DNA from: an uncultured bacterium
Lineage (GTDB): Bacteria; Pseudomonadota; Alphaproteobacteria; Sphingomonadales; Sphingomonadaceae
DNA length: 64,000 bases
Direction: 5' to 3'
Assembly: GCA_903884945.1 (NCBI GenBank)
Contig: CAISGR010000279.1
Location: forward strand, 10,966-74,965
Part shown: in pieces, positions 38,830-48,893 of the stretch
Layout: the number at the start of each line of letters is the position of its first letter
How positions within the stretch are numbered: position 1 is the stretch's first letter
Translations under genes and position numbers: made by a program
Notes under the pieces: model-generated
What the model saw: only the letters and a program-made list of their open reading frames with translations
The model's database searches: none
Told to the model about the DNA's origin: nothing

Positions 38830-39275
38830 CCCGGCCGGGCTCCGGCCTTCCAGATCTCGACCACGCCGCGATCGCCGTCGACCCGGACCCGGTCGCCCGT
38901 CTCGATCACGTCGAGCGGATCGCGATCGAGATCAGTGACGGCCGGGATACGCATCACCACGGCGCCGAGCGCGGCCTTGGTGGTCATCACGTTGAACAGC
39001 ATCGCGCGCGGCGCCTTGCCCGCCAGCCGCGCCATGTGGAACACGGCCGACCAGCCCGACGACCCCTTGGCGCCGGGGAAGACCAGGATCTTGCCGGCGA
39101 AGCTCTGGCCGCGCAGCTCGTGGCGGCTCTCGATCACCGTGCCGGTCATCGCGTTGACCCCGCCCCAGCCGGAGATCGTGTCGCGCGTCACCAGCGCCTC
39201 GCCCTCGGCGACGCCGCCCACCACCTTGCGCCCGGTGAGCACGATATCGGGCCGTGCCAGCGTTTCCGTCGTCAT
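38826..39275 (-). CDS. Aconitase X swivel (small) subunit, DUF126
   Basis: GVAEGEALVT, ISGWGGV, G.VIE..H.L.GQS..GKILVFP..KGSS (catalytic Ser region), TGDRVRVDG. Confidence 0.9.
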   Translation of the reverse strand: MTTETLARPDIVLTGRKVVGGVAEGEALVTRDTISGWGGVNAMTGTVIESRHELRGQSFAGKILVFPGAKGSSGWSAVFHMARLAGKAPRAMLFNVMTTKAALGAVVMRIPAVTDLDRDPLDVIETGDRVRVDGDRGVVEIWKAGARPG

Positions 39276-40561
39276 TGCAGGCGCCCCTTCCATTTGGCGG
39301 TACAGGCAGCATCGATGCATTCCTCGGTGGTGCCGTACCACCCCTCGATGCCCATCATCGCCGGCAGGTAGTGGACCTGCTTGGCGCTATCGAGCGCCGC
39401 GACCTTCGTTCCCTTGGGAACTGCCTGGCTGATCGCCGAGCAGGTATCGGTCATCAGCAGCGCGCCCGCGTCCTTGAGGATCCTGGTATAGCCATTGGCA
39501 TCGGCCGTGGCCTTCACCGCGCGGCTGGTGAAGACCCAGAGCGCGCTGTTGGCGTGCACCTTGCGGCCTTCGATCAGGTGCGCGGCGTGCGCGATCTGCT
39601 CGATCGAATAATGCGGGCAGCCGAGCATGACATAATCGACATCGGTCGACGATCCGACCGCGTTGAGCATCTCGTAGATGCGCCGCCGCTCGGCCGCGTC
39701 ATAGACGAAGGTCTCGCCGCGCGGCGCGCCCCCGAACGCCCGCTCCAGGCTCGACGCCTCGGGGGTGATGCCGACCATATGGTACATCTCCACGCCGCCC
39801 GACGAGGCCGCCGCGGCGCCGAAATGCTTGTGGCGGATAAGGCTCGCCTTGCTGATCGGCCCTTCGATCACCGGGATCGTATCCTGCACCGCATCGCCGA
39901 CGAAATAGCCGAGCATGCCCCAGTCGAACACATCCTCGACCGGCACCTCGACCCGCACCCGGTTCTGGCCGAGGCGATAGTCGTCGCGGTGGAAGCCCCA
40001 GTCCGGGATGCGCTTCGCGAGCATCGCCGCGCTGGTCGACTCGCGGCCCTCGCAATTGGTGCGCCCGCCGATCACCGAGTTGCAGAACACCACGGCGGAG
40101 CTTTCCATCCAGGCGCAATGCTCGCCCATCACCGGGACATTGCCGGCGATATAGGGCGTGCAGGTCTTGAGGATCTGGATGCCGTGCGCGGCGGTCTCGC
40201 GCTCGTCGGACAGGAAATTCTCGTGCGCCTCGGGCGTCATGCCCTGCTCGGCCCAGAGCTCCGGATCCATGCCGCCCTGCAGATGGCAGCTATAGGCGTT
40301 CATCCGCGGCACGTCGACGACCTCGTCCGAATCGAGATCGAAACGGGAGAAGACGGCGCGATAATCGCCGCCATCCGCGCGGTAGTAATCCTTGAGCCAC
40401 GGATGCGCCGAGCCGGGCACGCCCGCGACATTGTTGGTCTCGACGAAGCGTTCCGCGCCGAGCGCCTCGGCATAGCGCACGAGCAGTTCCATCGCCTTGC
40501 CGACGGCGGCGCCCTGCGCCCCGTCAAGCATCGCCTGTTCCTCGCTGGTCAGGGTCACCAT
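39272..40561 (-). CDS. Aconitase X catalytic (large) subunit, DUF521
   Basis: LTSEEQAMLDG.QG.AV..AM; Fe-S Cys motifs TCTPY, LGCPH, DTC; WMESSA...NSVIGGRTN, YHMVGITPEA. Confidence 0.92.
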   Translation of the reverse strand: MVTLTSEEQAMLDGAQGAAVGKAMELLVRYAEALGAERFVETNNVAGVPGSAHPWLKDYYRADGGDYRAVFSRFDLDSDEVVDVPRMNAYSCHLQGGMDPELWAEQGMTPEAHENFLSDERETAAHGIQILKTCTPYIAGNVPVMGEHCAWMESSAVVFCNSVIGGRTNCEGRESTSAAMLAKRIPDWGFHRDDYRLGQNRVRVEVPVEDVFDWGMLGYFVGDAVQDTIPVIEGPISKASLIRHKHFGAAAASSGGVEMYHMVGITPEASSLERAFGGAPRGETFVYDAAERRRIYEMLNAVGSSTDVDYVMLGCPHYSIEQIAHAAHLIEGRKVHANSALWVFTSRAVKATADANGYTRILKDAGALLMTDTCSAISQAVPKGTKVAALDSAKQVHYLPAMMGIEGWYGTTEECIDAACTAKWKGRLQ

Positions 40562-40580
40562 GGCGTGCTCTCTCCTTTAC

Positions 40581-40596
40581 ATAGTATGCTACATAT
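40581..40596. promoter_or_regulatory. Putative MarR/SlyA box, copy 1 (ATAGTATGCTACATAT)
   Basis: 20 bp upstream of the AcnX start; near-identical to 48894..48909 and 48921..48936. Confidence 0.7.
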
Positions 40597-40719
40597 TACG
40601 GCGGATCGTTGGCGTTGCATAGGATTCTTCAACGGTGGTTCGGATCGATCGCGGGTCGCCCGGACGGCGCACCCGCTGCCCCTATCGCCAGGCGCGGGGG
40701 CGGAAAGAACAGGCGCGCA

Positions 40720-41217
40720 TCATCCCTCGCGCATCTCATCGAGGCGGGTGAGGATCAGGCCGAGCGTGTCGATGGTGATCGCCAGCCGCTCGGGGTCGAT
40801 GTTCCGCAGCAGATCGGCGCGCAGCACATTGGTGATCGCCATCACTTCGCGGATCACCCGGTGGCCCTTCGGGGTGATGGTGTTGACGGTGACGCGCCGA
40901 TCAGTCTCGCTCTGCCGCCGTTCGATCAGCCCGTCCTGCGCCAGCGTATCGAGCATGCGGACCATGGTCGGCCCCTCGACGCTGATGAGCCGGGCAAGCT
41001 CGCCCTGGGTGAGTTCCTCGCCCGAAAAGGCGACGAGGAACAAGGTTTCCCAGCGCGCCATCGTCTGGCCGACCGCCTTGACCCGGTCGTTCGCGACCTT
41101 GCGCCAGCGCCGCGCGGCGACGACGATCGCCCGTGTGGTGCGGAAGAAGATGTCGTTGTCGGTGCCTTCCTCGAACTGGCTGTGATAATTGATCAGGTGG
41201 CGCTCGGCCGCCTCCAT
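40720..41217 (-). CDS. MarR-family (SlyA-like) regulator
   Basis: ARRWRK, LTQGELARLISVEGPTMVRMLDTL..DGLIERR....DRR; start uncertain (41217, 41361 or 41454). Confidence 0.9.
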   Translation of the reverse strand: MEAAERHLINYHSQFEEGTDNDIFFRTTRAIVVAARRWRKVANDRVKAVGQTMARWETLFLVAFSGEELTQGELARLISVEGPTMVRMLDTLAQDGLIERRQSETDRRVTVNTITPKGHRVIREVMAITNVLRADLLRNIDPERLAITIDTLGLILTRLDEMREG

Positions 41218-41446
41218 CGGGAAGCCGCCGAACGGCGCAGCCGCGCGCCTGGCCTGATCGCTGATGACATCGCGCCGGGGCTTGCCGACCGCCGCCTGCG
41301 GCCCCCGCTTCTGGTCCGAGCGCGGGCCGACCCGGCCACGGCCGCTCACTGTGTCCGCCATCGGATCGACAGGTTCGATTTCCCCCGCATGGTCCAAGGC
41401 ATAGTCCCCTATGAGGCCATGCGACAAGGGTGCGGGGGGAAACGCC

Positions 41447-43114
41447 TCAGGCATCGAGATCAGTCAGCACCGCACCCGAGGCCATCGACTGCACGTCGCG
41501 GCGATAGATGCCGAGATAGCCGTCGGCCGGAACGGGGTAGCCATTAGCCGGTGCGGGGCGACGCGCCAGCTCTTCCTCGGGCACGTCGAGATCGAGCTGG
41601 CGCTTCGCAATGTCGACGATGATGCGATCCCCGTTGCGGACCTTGCCGATCGGGCCGCCCGCGACTGCCTCAGGCGCGACCTCGGCGATCGTCAGGCCCT
41701 TCAGGCAGAGGCCGGAAAGCTGGCCGTCGGTGACGAAGGCGACGTCCCGAGCGAGCCCGGCCGCGTCGATCGCGAACAGCACGATCGAGGCGCCGCCGCC
41801 CATTGCCGGGCCGCCCTTCAGACCCTGACCGCGCAGCACCAGGACATCGCCCTTCTTCAGCTTGCCCGCGGCGATGTCCGCCATCGCGCTCGGCGTATCC
41901 TCATAGACGACCGCGGTGCCGTCGAACGCCTCGGGGCGCGAGCCGTCGCGGATGCCGAGCTTGACCACCGCGCTCTCGGGCGCGAGCGACCCGCGCAGGA
42001 TCGCGATCGAGGGACCGTCGGAGATCGGATTGTCGAGCGGACGGATGATGCCGGCATCGCCGACCGTCACCCCGGCGAGGTTCTCGCCCAGCGTCCTGCC
42101 GGTGCAGGTCATGGCGCCGGTGTCGATCAGTGGGGCGAGCTGGGCGAGCACGCCCTGGGCGCCCCCGGCATCCTCGAACTGCTCGATCCGCACCTTGCCA
42201 TTGGGCCGCACGGCGCTGAGCACCGGGATCTTCCGCCCCATCTCCTCCCAGATGGCGAAGACGTCGACGCCGGTCTCGCCTTCGGTCGCGGTCGCCTGGA
42301 GATGCTTGATCGCGTTGATCGATCCCGCGACGCCGAGCACCATGGCGGCGGCGTTGCGGAAGGCACCCTCGGTGAGGATCGTGCGCGGCGTCAGCCCCTC
42401 ATTGACCATCTCGACGATGCGCGTGCCCGAGCGGCGGGCGCAATCGAACATCCGCTCGCTGTTGGCGCGCACCGGCGCCGAGCCGGGCAGGCTCATGCCG
42501 AGCGCCTCGACCACGCAGTGCATCGTGTTCGCCGTCGCCATGCCCGCGCACACGCCCGGGCCGCGGATCGCCTGCTCGGCCATGGCGTCCAGGCTGTACT
42601 TGCCGGGCTTGCCCAGCGACGCGCCGACCGACCCCGAGAACAGGTCCTCGATATCGACATGATCCTCGCCGATCATGCCCGAGGCCTGGTAGCCGCCGAT
42701 CACCAGCAGCGTCGGGATGTTGAGCCGCGCCGCCGCCATCAGGTGGCCGGGCGGGGTCTTGTCGCACGAGGTGAGGCAGATCATGCCGTCAAGCACGGCC
42801 GCCTCGACCTGCGCCTCGATATCGTTGGTGACGAGATCGCGCGCGGCGAGGATATAGCTGCCCGACTTGCCGGCGCCGGTGATGAAGTCCGACGGGGCGG
42901 TGGTGCGTACCTCGAACGGGATGCCGCCGGCGGCGCGGATAGCCTCCTTCACCACCTTCGCCACGCCGTCGAGATGCGCGAAGCACACGGCGAGCTCGGA
43001 CGAGGAATTCACCACCGCGATCTTGGGCTTGAGCATGTCGGCCTCGCTCAGGCCCAGCGCGCGGAAATGGGCGCGACGGATGGCGGAATTGGCGGCGAGG
43101 CTGCGCAGGGTCAT
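41447..43114 (-). CDS. IlvD/Edd-family Fe-S dehydratase, divergent paralogue
   Basis: KPKIAVVNS, VCFAH, SCDKTPPG, CAGMATANTM, LRGSLAPE.AVVK, TDGQLSG, H.APE-like EVAPEA. Confidence 0.9.
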   Translation of the reverse strand: MTLRSLAANSAIRRAHFRALGLSEADMLKPKIAVVNSSSELAVCFAHLDGVAKVVKEAIRAAGGIPFEVRTTAPSDFITGAGKSGSYILAARDLVTNDIEAQVEAAVLDGMICLTSCDKTPPGHLMAAARLNIPTLLVIGGYQASGMIGEDHVDIEDLFSGSVGASLGKPGKYSLDAMAEQAIRGPGVCAGMATANTMHCVVEALGMSLPGSAPVRANSERMFDCARRSGTRIVEMVNEGLTPRTILTEGAFRNAAAMVLGVAGSINAIKHLQATATEGETGVDVFAIWEEMGRKIPVLSAVRPNGKVRIEQFEDAGGAQGVLAQLAPLIDTGAMTCTGRTLGENLAGVTVGDAGIIRPLDNPISDGPSIAILRGSLAPESAVVKLGIRDGSRPEAFDGTAVVYEDTPSAMADIAAGKLKKGDVLVLRGQGLKGGPAMGGGASIVLFAIDAAGLARDVAFVTDGQLSGLCLKGLTIAEVAPEAVAGGPIGKVRNGDRIIVDIAKRQLDLDVPEEELARRPAPANGYPVPADGYLGIYRRDVQSMASGAVLTDLDA

Positions 43115-43130
43115 GAAACGGACTTTCGTG

Positions 43131-44504
43131 TCAGGAGGCTGGAACGGGTTCGAACGAAGGCGTGGCCGGCGCGCTGGACCGGTGCCGGACGACCAGGCCG
43201 ATGCCGATCGCGCAGAGCGCGAGCACCGCCGGGCAGACGGCCAGGATCGCGAAGCTGCGCACGATCGGCAGGCCGCTCGACAGGACGATGCCGCCGAGGA
43301 TCGGGCCGGCAATGCCGCCGACCTTGGCGACCGATGTCGCCCAGCCGCCGCCATTGGCGCGGATCGCGCTGGGGTAATAGACGCCGGCGATCGACAGGAT
43401 GCCGAAATGGGCGCCGCCCACGAAGCTGGTCGAGACGATGGAAAGGATCAGGAAGGTGTCCGGCGACATCGGGACCAGGCCGATCGCGAGCAGCACCGGA
43501 AAAGCGCAAAGCGGATAGGCCGCGACCGCGAAGGGTCCGTAGCGATCGGTGAAGCGCATCAGCAGCAGCCCGAGCACCGCCCCCATCATCCCCGAGAAGG
43601 ACGAGACATAGGCAGCGGTGTCACGCGCGAAGTGCAGATCCTCATAGACGATCGGCCCCCAGTTCGCCTTGAAATAGACCGCGAGCGTGCTGGCGATATA
43701 GGCGAGCCACAGGAGCGGCGTGAGCCATTTGAGATCGCCCTTGAAGAGCTTGCGCACCGTGAAGTTGCTTGCGTCGCGACGCTCGTCGCTGAGCACGAAC
43801 AGATCGTCCGCCCCGGCCCCGAGCGACGGATCGAGCTTGTTCAGCGTCGCCGCGATGACCGCCGGCGCGCGCGCCTTGCTCGCCAGGAAGCGGATCGATT
43901 CGGGCAGCCCCGCCCAGAGCAGCGCCGCACAGACCAGCGTGCCGAGCCCGCCGAACACGAACACGCCTTCCCAGCCGAATTGCGGCGCGAGCCATACGGT
44001 GACCGGGCCGGCGAGCGCGGTGCCGAGGCTGTAGCCCATCATGATCACCGTCACGACGGTCGACCGAAGCCTGGTCGGCACATATTCGATGTTGAGCGCC
44101 CAGGCGAGCGGCAGCATCCCGCCGATCGCGAAGCCATCGAGGAAGCGCAGGATCAGCAGCGCCTCATAGCTGCCGGCAAGGGCCGTGGCGGTGGTGAGGA
44201 TACCGAAGGCGAACGCCGCCCAGATGATCGTCTGCCGCCGCCCGATCCGGTCGCCGATATAGGCGAAGGCGAAACCGCCCAGCATCATCCCGAACAGCCC
44301 GGCCGAAAAGACGTTGCCGAGCATCGGCTTGTCGAGCCCGAGCTCGTCGCGCATGTACGGTGCGGTGAAGCTGATCATCATCATGTCGAAGCCGTCGAAC
44401 ACGGTGATGAGCCACGACAGGACGATCAGCCTGTAGTTGAACGGCCCGAGCCGGCGGCCGTCGATCAGCGCGGCGACGTCGATCCTGCGTGGCGGCTTCG
44501 CCAT
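43131..44504 (-). CDS. MFS transporter, aromatic acid:H+ symporter family (PcaK/BenK-like)
   Basis: FDGFD in TM1, GDRIGRR, EYVPTRLRS, LPESIRFL, YPSAIRANGGGWA..V.K.GGI.GP. Confidence 0.9.
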   Translation of the reverse strand: MAKPPRRIDVAALIDGRRLGPFNYRLIVLSWLITVFDGFDMMMISFTAPYMRDELGLDKPMLGNVFSAGLFGMMLGGFAFAYIGDRIGRRQTIIWAAFAFGILTTATALAGSYEALLILRFLDGFAIGGMLPLAWALNIEYVPTRLRSTVVTVIMMGYSLGTALAGPVTVWLAPQFGWEGVFVFGGLGTLVCAALLWAGLPESIRFLASKARAPAVIAATLNKLDPSLGAGADDLFVLSDERRDASNFTVRKLFKGDLKWLTPLLWLAYIASTLAVYFKANWGPIVYEDLHFARDTAAYVSSFSGMMGAVLGLLLMRFTDRYGPFAVAAYPLCAFPVLLAIGLVPMSPDTFLILSIVSTSFVGGAHFGILSIAGVYYPSAIRANGGGWATSVAKVGGIAGPILGGIVLSSGLPIVRSFAILAVCPAVLALCAIGIGLVVRHRSSAPATPSFEPVPAS

Positions 44505-44508
44505 ATTC

Positions 44509-45804
44509 CTATCCCTCCAGATTGGCTTTCAGGCGGTTCTTCAGGGCCGCCATGTCGATCTGGTGTACGCTACCCGAGCCGGCCAGCGTCAAGGCATGCG
44601 CCGCCGCAGCGCCCATCGCGATGCATGGCCCCATCACCCGCACCGAGGACAATGCGGTCGAATCCGCATCGATGCAGCGGCCGACCGCGACGAGATTGTC
44701 CGCACCCGCCACCGTCAGCGAGCCGAGCGGGATGGTATGGACGTGATCGGGCGGAAACACCTCCCACACATAACCCTCGCGGTTGTGATGCTGCTCGAGC
44801 GGCCAGGAGCAGCGCGCGATCGCATCGTCGAACCTGGTCGCGGCGCGGACCTCCTCCGTGGTGAGGTGATGCGTGCCGACGATCCAGCGCGTCTGGCGGA
44901 TGCCGGGCAGGCCATAGGCGCGGATGCGCGCGTTGCCGAACGCCTCGGGGAATTCCTTGTGGAGGAAGGTCAGGGTGCGATCGGCCTGCTCCTTGCCGTC
45001 GATCTGCTTCTCGGCCGCCTCGAACGGATCGAGCGGCGTCTCGATATGCGTCATGTTGACCATGGCGACGTTGCGCCCGGGGAAGCTCGCCGCGAAGCCG
45101 TCGCGGCGCATCATCCCATATTCCAGGCCCTTGTCGAAGATGCGCTTCGCCATCGTATCCCAGTCGGGCCGCTTGCTGTCGTCGAAATCCTCGATGATCA
45201 GCATCTGCGATCCGTAGATCTGGCCGGTCTTCTGCACCCGGCAATCGAAGCCGGCCTGCCAGGTGACGGCGGCGTCGCCGCTCGCATCGATGAAGCCGTT
45301 CGCCCTGATCCGGACGTCGCCGTGGCGCGTCGCGATGTCGAGCGAGACGACCCGGCGATCCGCGACATTGACCTTGCGGATGATCGCGCCGGTGAGCGGC
45401 TTGACCCCGGCCCGGATGATCGCCTTCTCGACCCAGCGGCCGAGCGCGACCTCATTGTACATCGCGACCTTCATCACCCCGCCGGGGATGACATGGACAT
45501 CGCCGGTAGCGCCGAGATCGTGGAGAATCTCGTCGGCGATGCCATGAGTCAGCTGGGTGCCATCCGGCCCCGGCGTGAACAGGCCGCAGAACATGCCGAT
45601 GATCGAATTGACCGCCTGGCCGCCGAGCGACGGCAGGCCATCGACCAGGATCACGCTGTTCCCCGCGCGGGCTGCCTCGATCGCCGCCGAGGCGCCCGAG
45701 GCGCCCGAGCCGACGACGCAGATGTCGCACTCCCGCTCGATGACCAGCGGTTCGTCCTTGCGGGAGACGATCCGGGTTTCGGGATCAAACGGTCGGTCGA
45801 GCAT
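44509..45804 (-). CDS. FAD-dependent oxidoreductase of unknown substrate
   Basis: DICVVGSGASG, LGGQ, FIDASGDA, IRQTRWIVG, IPLGSL, LVAVGRC, VRVMGPCIAMG.AA. Confidence 0.9.
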   Translation of the reverse strand: MLDRPFDPETRIVSRKDEPLVIERECDICVVGSGASGASAAIEAARAGNSVILVDGLPSLGGQAVNSIIGMFCGLFTPGPDGTQLTHGIADEILHDLGATGDVHVIPGGVMKVAMYNEVALGRWVEKAIIRAGVKPLTGAIIRKVNVADRRVVSLDIATRHGDVRIRANGFIDASGDAAVTWQAGFDCRVQKTGQIYGSQMLIIEDFDDSKRPDWDTMAKRIFDKGLEYGMMRRDGFAASFPGRNVAMVNMTHIETPLDPFEAAEKQIDGKEQADRTLTFLHKEFPEAFGNARIRAYGLPGIRQTRWIVGTHHLTTEEVRAATRFDDAIARCSWPLEQHHNREGYVWEVFPPDHVHTIPLGSLTVAGADNLVAVGRCIDADSTALSSVRVMGPCIAMGAAAAHALTLAGSGSVHQIDMAALKNRLKANLEG

Positions 45805-45833
45805 GCGCAGTCCTCAGGCAAGAAAGAAAGAGA

Positions 45834-45858
45834 ACCGGGCGGTGGGGCGCCGCCCGGT
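45834..45858 (-). terminator. Hairpin plus U-rich tract after the TBDR (terminator or mRNA-stabilising stem)
   Basis: ACCGGGCGG-N7-CCGCCCGGT, followed on the minus strand by TCTCTTTCTTTCTT. Confidence 0.65.
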
Positions 45859-45869
45859 CCAGGGGAGGC

Positions 45870-48851
45870 TCAGTAGGCAATCCGGAAGCCGGCCTTGAAG
45901 GTCTGGCCGACCGGATTGAAGATGACGTTGTTGCCGGTGCCGTTGGCCCCGGGGACGAGCGGGGGATCGGTATCGAACAGATTGTCGACGCCGATGTAGA
46001 AGGAGAAATCCCTCTTCTCGCCCGGGTTCAGCTTGTAGGTCGCGAGCAGGTCGACATAGGTCTTCGCCTTGACGAAGTTCGTGTTCGAGCTGTTGGTCGC
46101 GGTGATGACATAGCCGGGCTGCTCGGCGCCGACGAAGGCAGCATTGTAGAAGCCGCTGTCGATGTACCGGACATGGGTGTTGAACGAGAAGTGCGGAGTC
46201 ACGTTCCAGGCCGCGAGCAGGTCGAAGGTCCAGTCGGGGATGCCCGGGGGCGTACCGGCGCGGAGCCCGGTCTGGCCGGCGCGCTGGGTCGGCCCGACCG
46301 CATCGACGGTGATCAGATCCTTCACATAGGAAGCGAGCAGCCGCAGGTTCAGATCGCCGAGCCCGCCGAGCGGCTGGCGATAGCTGACCTCGAAATCGAT
46401 GCCGCGGTTGATCAGCTTGTTCACGTTCTGGAACGTGTCGACGATGTTGGTGATCGGGTTGTTGGCGACATTGCCGTCACCATCCGCATTGGCAGGATCG
46501 CGCGTCACCAGCGAGCAGCTCAGGGCATCGCCCTGGAAGCAGCGCGTCACGATATTCTGCTGGCCGAGGGTGCTGATCGCATCGTCGATCTGGATGTCGT
46601 AATAATCGACCGAGGCGCGGAAGCGGCCGAGAAAGCCGCCCTTGGGCTGGAGCACGACGCCGACCGTGAAGGTGTTCGCCTTTTCCGGCCGCAGGTTCGG
46701 GTTCGAGCCGTTGGTGATCGGCGCGACCGCCTGGACGCCGCCGCGGGCCGGATCGGTCAGGATGCCCTGGGCAAGCAGGGTCGGCCCGAACAATTCGCTG
46801 ACATTGGGCGCGCGGATGTCGCGCGACCGCGTGGCGCGGAAGCGGAGGAAATCGAACGGCTCCCACACGCCGCCCACTTTCCAGGTCGTGACGTCGACCG
46901 AGGAGCTGGCCGCGAAATCGCTCGAGCGCTTGTAATGCGTGCGCCGCACCGCGCCGCTGAGGCTCAGTTCCTGGAAGAAGGGCGTGTTGCCGAGAATCGG
47001 CAACTCGGTTTCGGCATAGCCCTCGGTCACGTCGATCTTGCCCGAGATCAGCGAGCCGTTGCCGGTGAAGAACTGGTTCGCCTGGGCCAGCGCATCGGCG
47101 CCGCCCACGACCTTGTCGCTGCGGAACTCGCCGCCGAAGCCGACCGCGACCGGACCGCCGGGCAGTTCGAACAAATGCCCCTGGATATTCGCCGCGACGA
47201 CATGTTCGGTCGTGCGGTTGGTCTGGTAGCCATTCGCCGTGACATAGGCCTTGGCCGCCGCGAAGGTGCTGCCATTGGCATAGCCGAAGGGATTGAGCGG
47301 TACGCAGGCAGGATCGTCATTGGCGGTGCTCGCATCGGCATTCACACGGCACACGATCTGCCCGCCCGAACGCACCGCATCGACAGCCTTGAGCAGGCGC
47401 GACGTGATCGTGCCGTTGGTCGTGTCGCTGCGGAAATCGTTGCGGCCGAACTGGTAATAGGCATCGACCTTCCAGCTGCCGCCGATATCGTACTGGACCG
47501 ACCCGACCGCGCGATACATGTTGTTGGTGATGCGGATATCGGCCGGGCCGATATCGTCGAAGCCCTTGCCCAGGGTGAAGGAGGTCAGCCCGCCCGCGGC
47601 AAGCAGCGTCGGGATATCGAGCGTCGGATCGGCCGAACGCGGGATGAAGGGATTGTCCGCCTGGATCGTGAGCGCGGTGTTGCGATAGGCGACGCCGCGA
47701 TGCCGACCGGTGAGATGGCCATAGCCGAGGTTGAGACCGAAGGTCAGGCCGGGCGCCGCCTCCCAGTCCAGGTTGGTCATCGCATTGTACCGCTCGGTGG
47801 GCGAGTTGATGTAGAGCCCGCGGAAATAGATGTTCTGGCCTTCGCCCTCGCCGCCGACCTGATAAAGCGAATTGACCATCGAGCCGTACTGGAAGCGCCG
47901 CGGCGTGCCGTCGGCGGCAAAGGTGATGCCGTCGATCGGGCGCAGGACCGGCGTGGCGCGGCCATTATAGGCCGAGGCGGGCGGTGTGGTGACGCCGTTG
48001 AACGGCACGCTCGAGGGGCGGATATCGGCCAGGATATTGTTGGCCGGAATGCCGGTCTGGCCCGGATTGCGGCCGAAGTTCAGCCATTCGTCGCGGCACC
48101 ATTGCCGTTCCTGGCAATCGCCGACGCCGTCGCTCTTCTCATATTCTGCGCCGATGATAACGTGAAGCGAGTCCGAAGCCTTGAAGCCGGCGGCGAAGCC
48201 GAGCTGCGAGTTCGCATTGTCGCCATAGCGGGTGATGCTCTGCTGCGCGTTGAGCTTCAGCCCCTCGAAGCGCTTGTCGAGGATCAGGTTGACGACCCCG
48301 GCGACCGCATCCGACCCGTAGACGGCGGAGGCGCCGCCGGTGACGACTTCGGCACGCGACAGCAGGATCGAGGGGATCATGTTGGTATCGACGGTCGCCT
48401 GCGTCGTCGACGGCACGAAACGCTTGCCGTCGACCAGCGTCAGGGTGCGCACCGAGCCGAGGCCGCGCAGGTCGAGGATGCGCCCGCCGACATAGCCCGC
48501 GGCCGCGGACAGGCCGGACGAGGCCGGGGTCTGCGTGGCGCGGAAGGCGGGAAGCTCGTTCAGCGCGTCGCCGATATTGGTCGAGCCGCGCGCTTCGAGC
48601 CGGTCGGCGCCGACTACGGAAACCGGGGTAGGCGCCTGGAAGCCGGTGGCGAGGCGCGATCCGGTGACGACGATGTCCTTGTCGGCTTCGCTCGGCGTGC
48701 CGGCATCCTGATTGCCGCTCGCCGCCTGCGCGGGCGCGTCCTGCCCCCAGGCGGCCGGCGCCGCCAGCGCAAAGGCCAGCGCGGCCCCGACCGCAACGGT
48801 GCTGACGCCGAGTCGTAAAGTCGCAGAATGGCTGGTGCCCGCTCTCTTCAT
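45870..48851 (-). CDS. TonB-dependent receptor
   Basis: Start MKRAGT; signal peptide, DIVVTGSR, LDLRGLG..RTL.LVDGKR, TGGASAVYGSDAVAGVVN, C-terminal FKAGFRIAY. Confidence 0.93.
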   Translation of the reverse strand: MKRAGTSHSATLRLGVSTVAVGAALAFALAAPAAWGQDAPAQAASGNQDAGTPSEADKDIVVTGSRLATGFQAPTPVSVVGADRLEARGSTNIGDALNELPAFRATQTPASSGLSAAAGYVGGRILDLRGLGSVRTLTLVDGKRFVPSTTQATVDTNMIPSILLSRAEVVTGGASAVYGSDAVAGVVNLILDKRFEGLKLNAQQSITRYGDNANSQLGFAAGFKASDSLHVIIGAEYEKSDGVGDCQERQWCRDEWLNFGRNPGQTGIPANNILADIRPSSVPFNGVTTPPASAYNGRATPVLRPIDGITFAADGTPRRFQYGSMVNSLYQVGGEGEGQNIYFRGLYINSPTERYNAMTNLDWEAAPGLTFGLNLGYGHLTGRHRGVAYRNTALTIQADNPFIPRSADPTLDIPTLLAAGGLTSFTLGKGFDDIGPADIRITNNMYRAVGSVQYDIGGSWKVDAYYQFGRNDFRSDTTNGTITSRLLKAVDAVRSGGQIVCRVNADASTANDDPACVPLNPFGYANGSTFAAAKAYVTANGYQTNRTTEHVVAANIQGHLFELPGGPVAVGFGGEFRSDKVVGGADALAQANQFFTGNGSLISGKIDVTEGYAETELPILGNTPFFQELSLSGAVRRTHYKRSSDFAASSSVDVTTWKVGGVWEPFDFLRFRATRSRDIRAPNVSELFGPTLLAQGILTDPARGGVQAVAPITNGSNPNLRPEKANTFTVGVVLQPKGGFLGRFRASVDYYDIQIDDAISTLGQQNIVTRCFQGDALSCSLVTRDPANADGDGNVANNPITNIVDTFQNVNKLINRGIDFEVSYRQPLGGLGDLNLRLLASYVKDLITVDAVGPTQRAGQTGLRAGTPPGIPDWTFDLLAAWNVTPHFSFNTHVRYIDSGFYNAAFVGAEQPGYVITATNSSNTNFVKAKTYVDLLATYKLNPGEKRDFSFYIGVDNLFDTDPPLVPGANGTGNNVIFNPVGQTFKAGFRIAY

Positions 48852-48893
48852 CGCTCTCTCTCCCATCTCCAACGGTCTCGATGCCGCCAATTG

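Noticed and set aside
41447-43114. Calling this housekeeping ilvD
   Set aside because: Divergent active-site motifs and catabolic context; symbol withheld.
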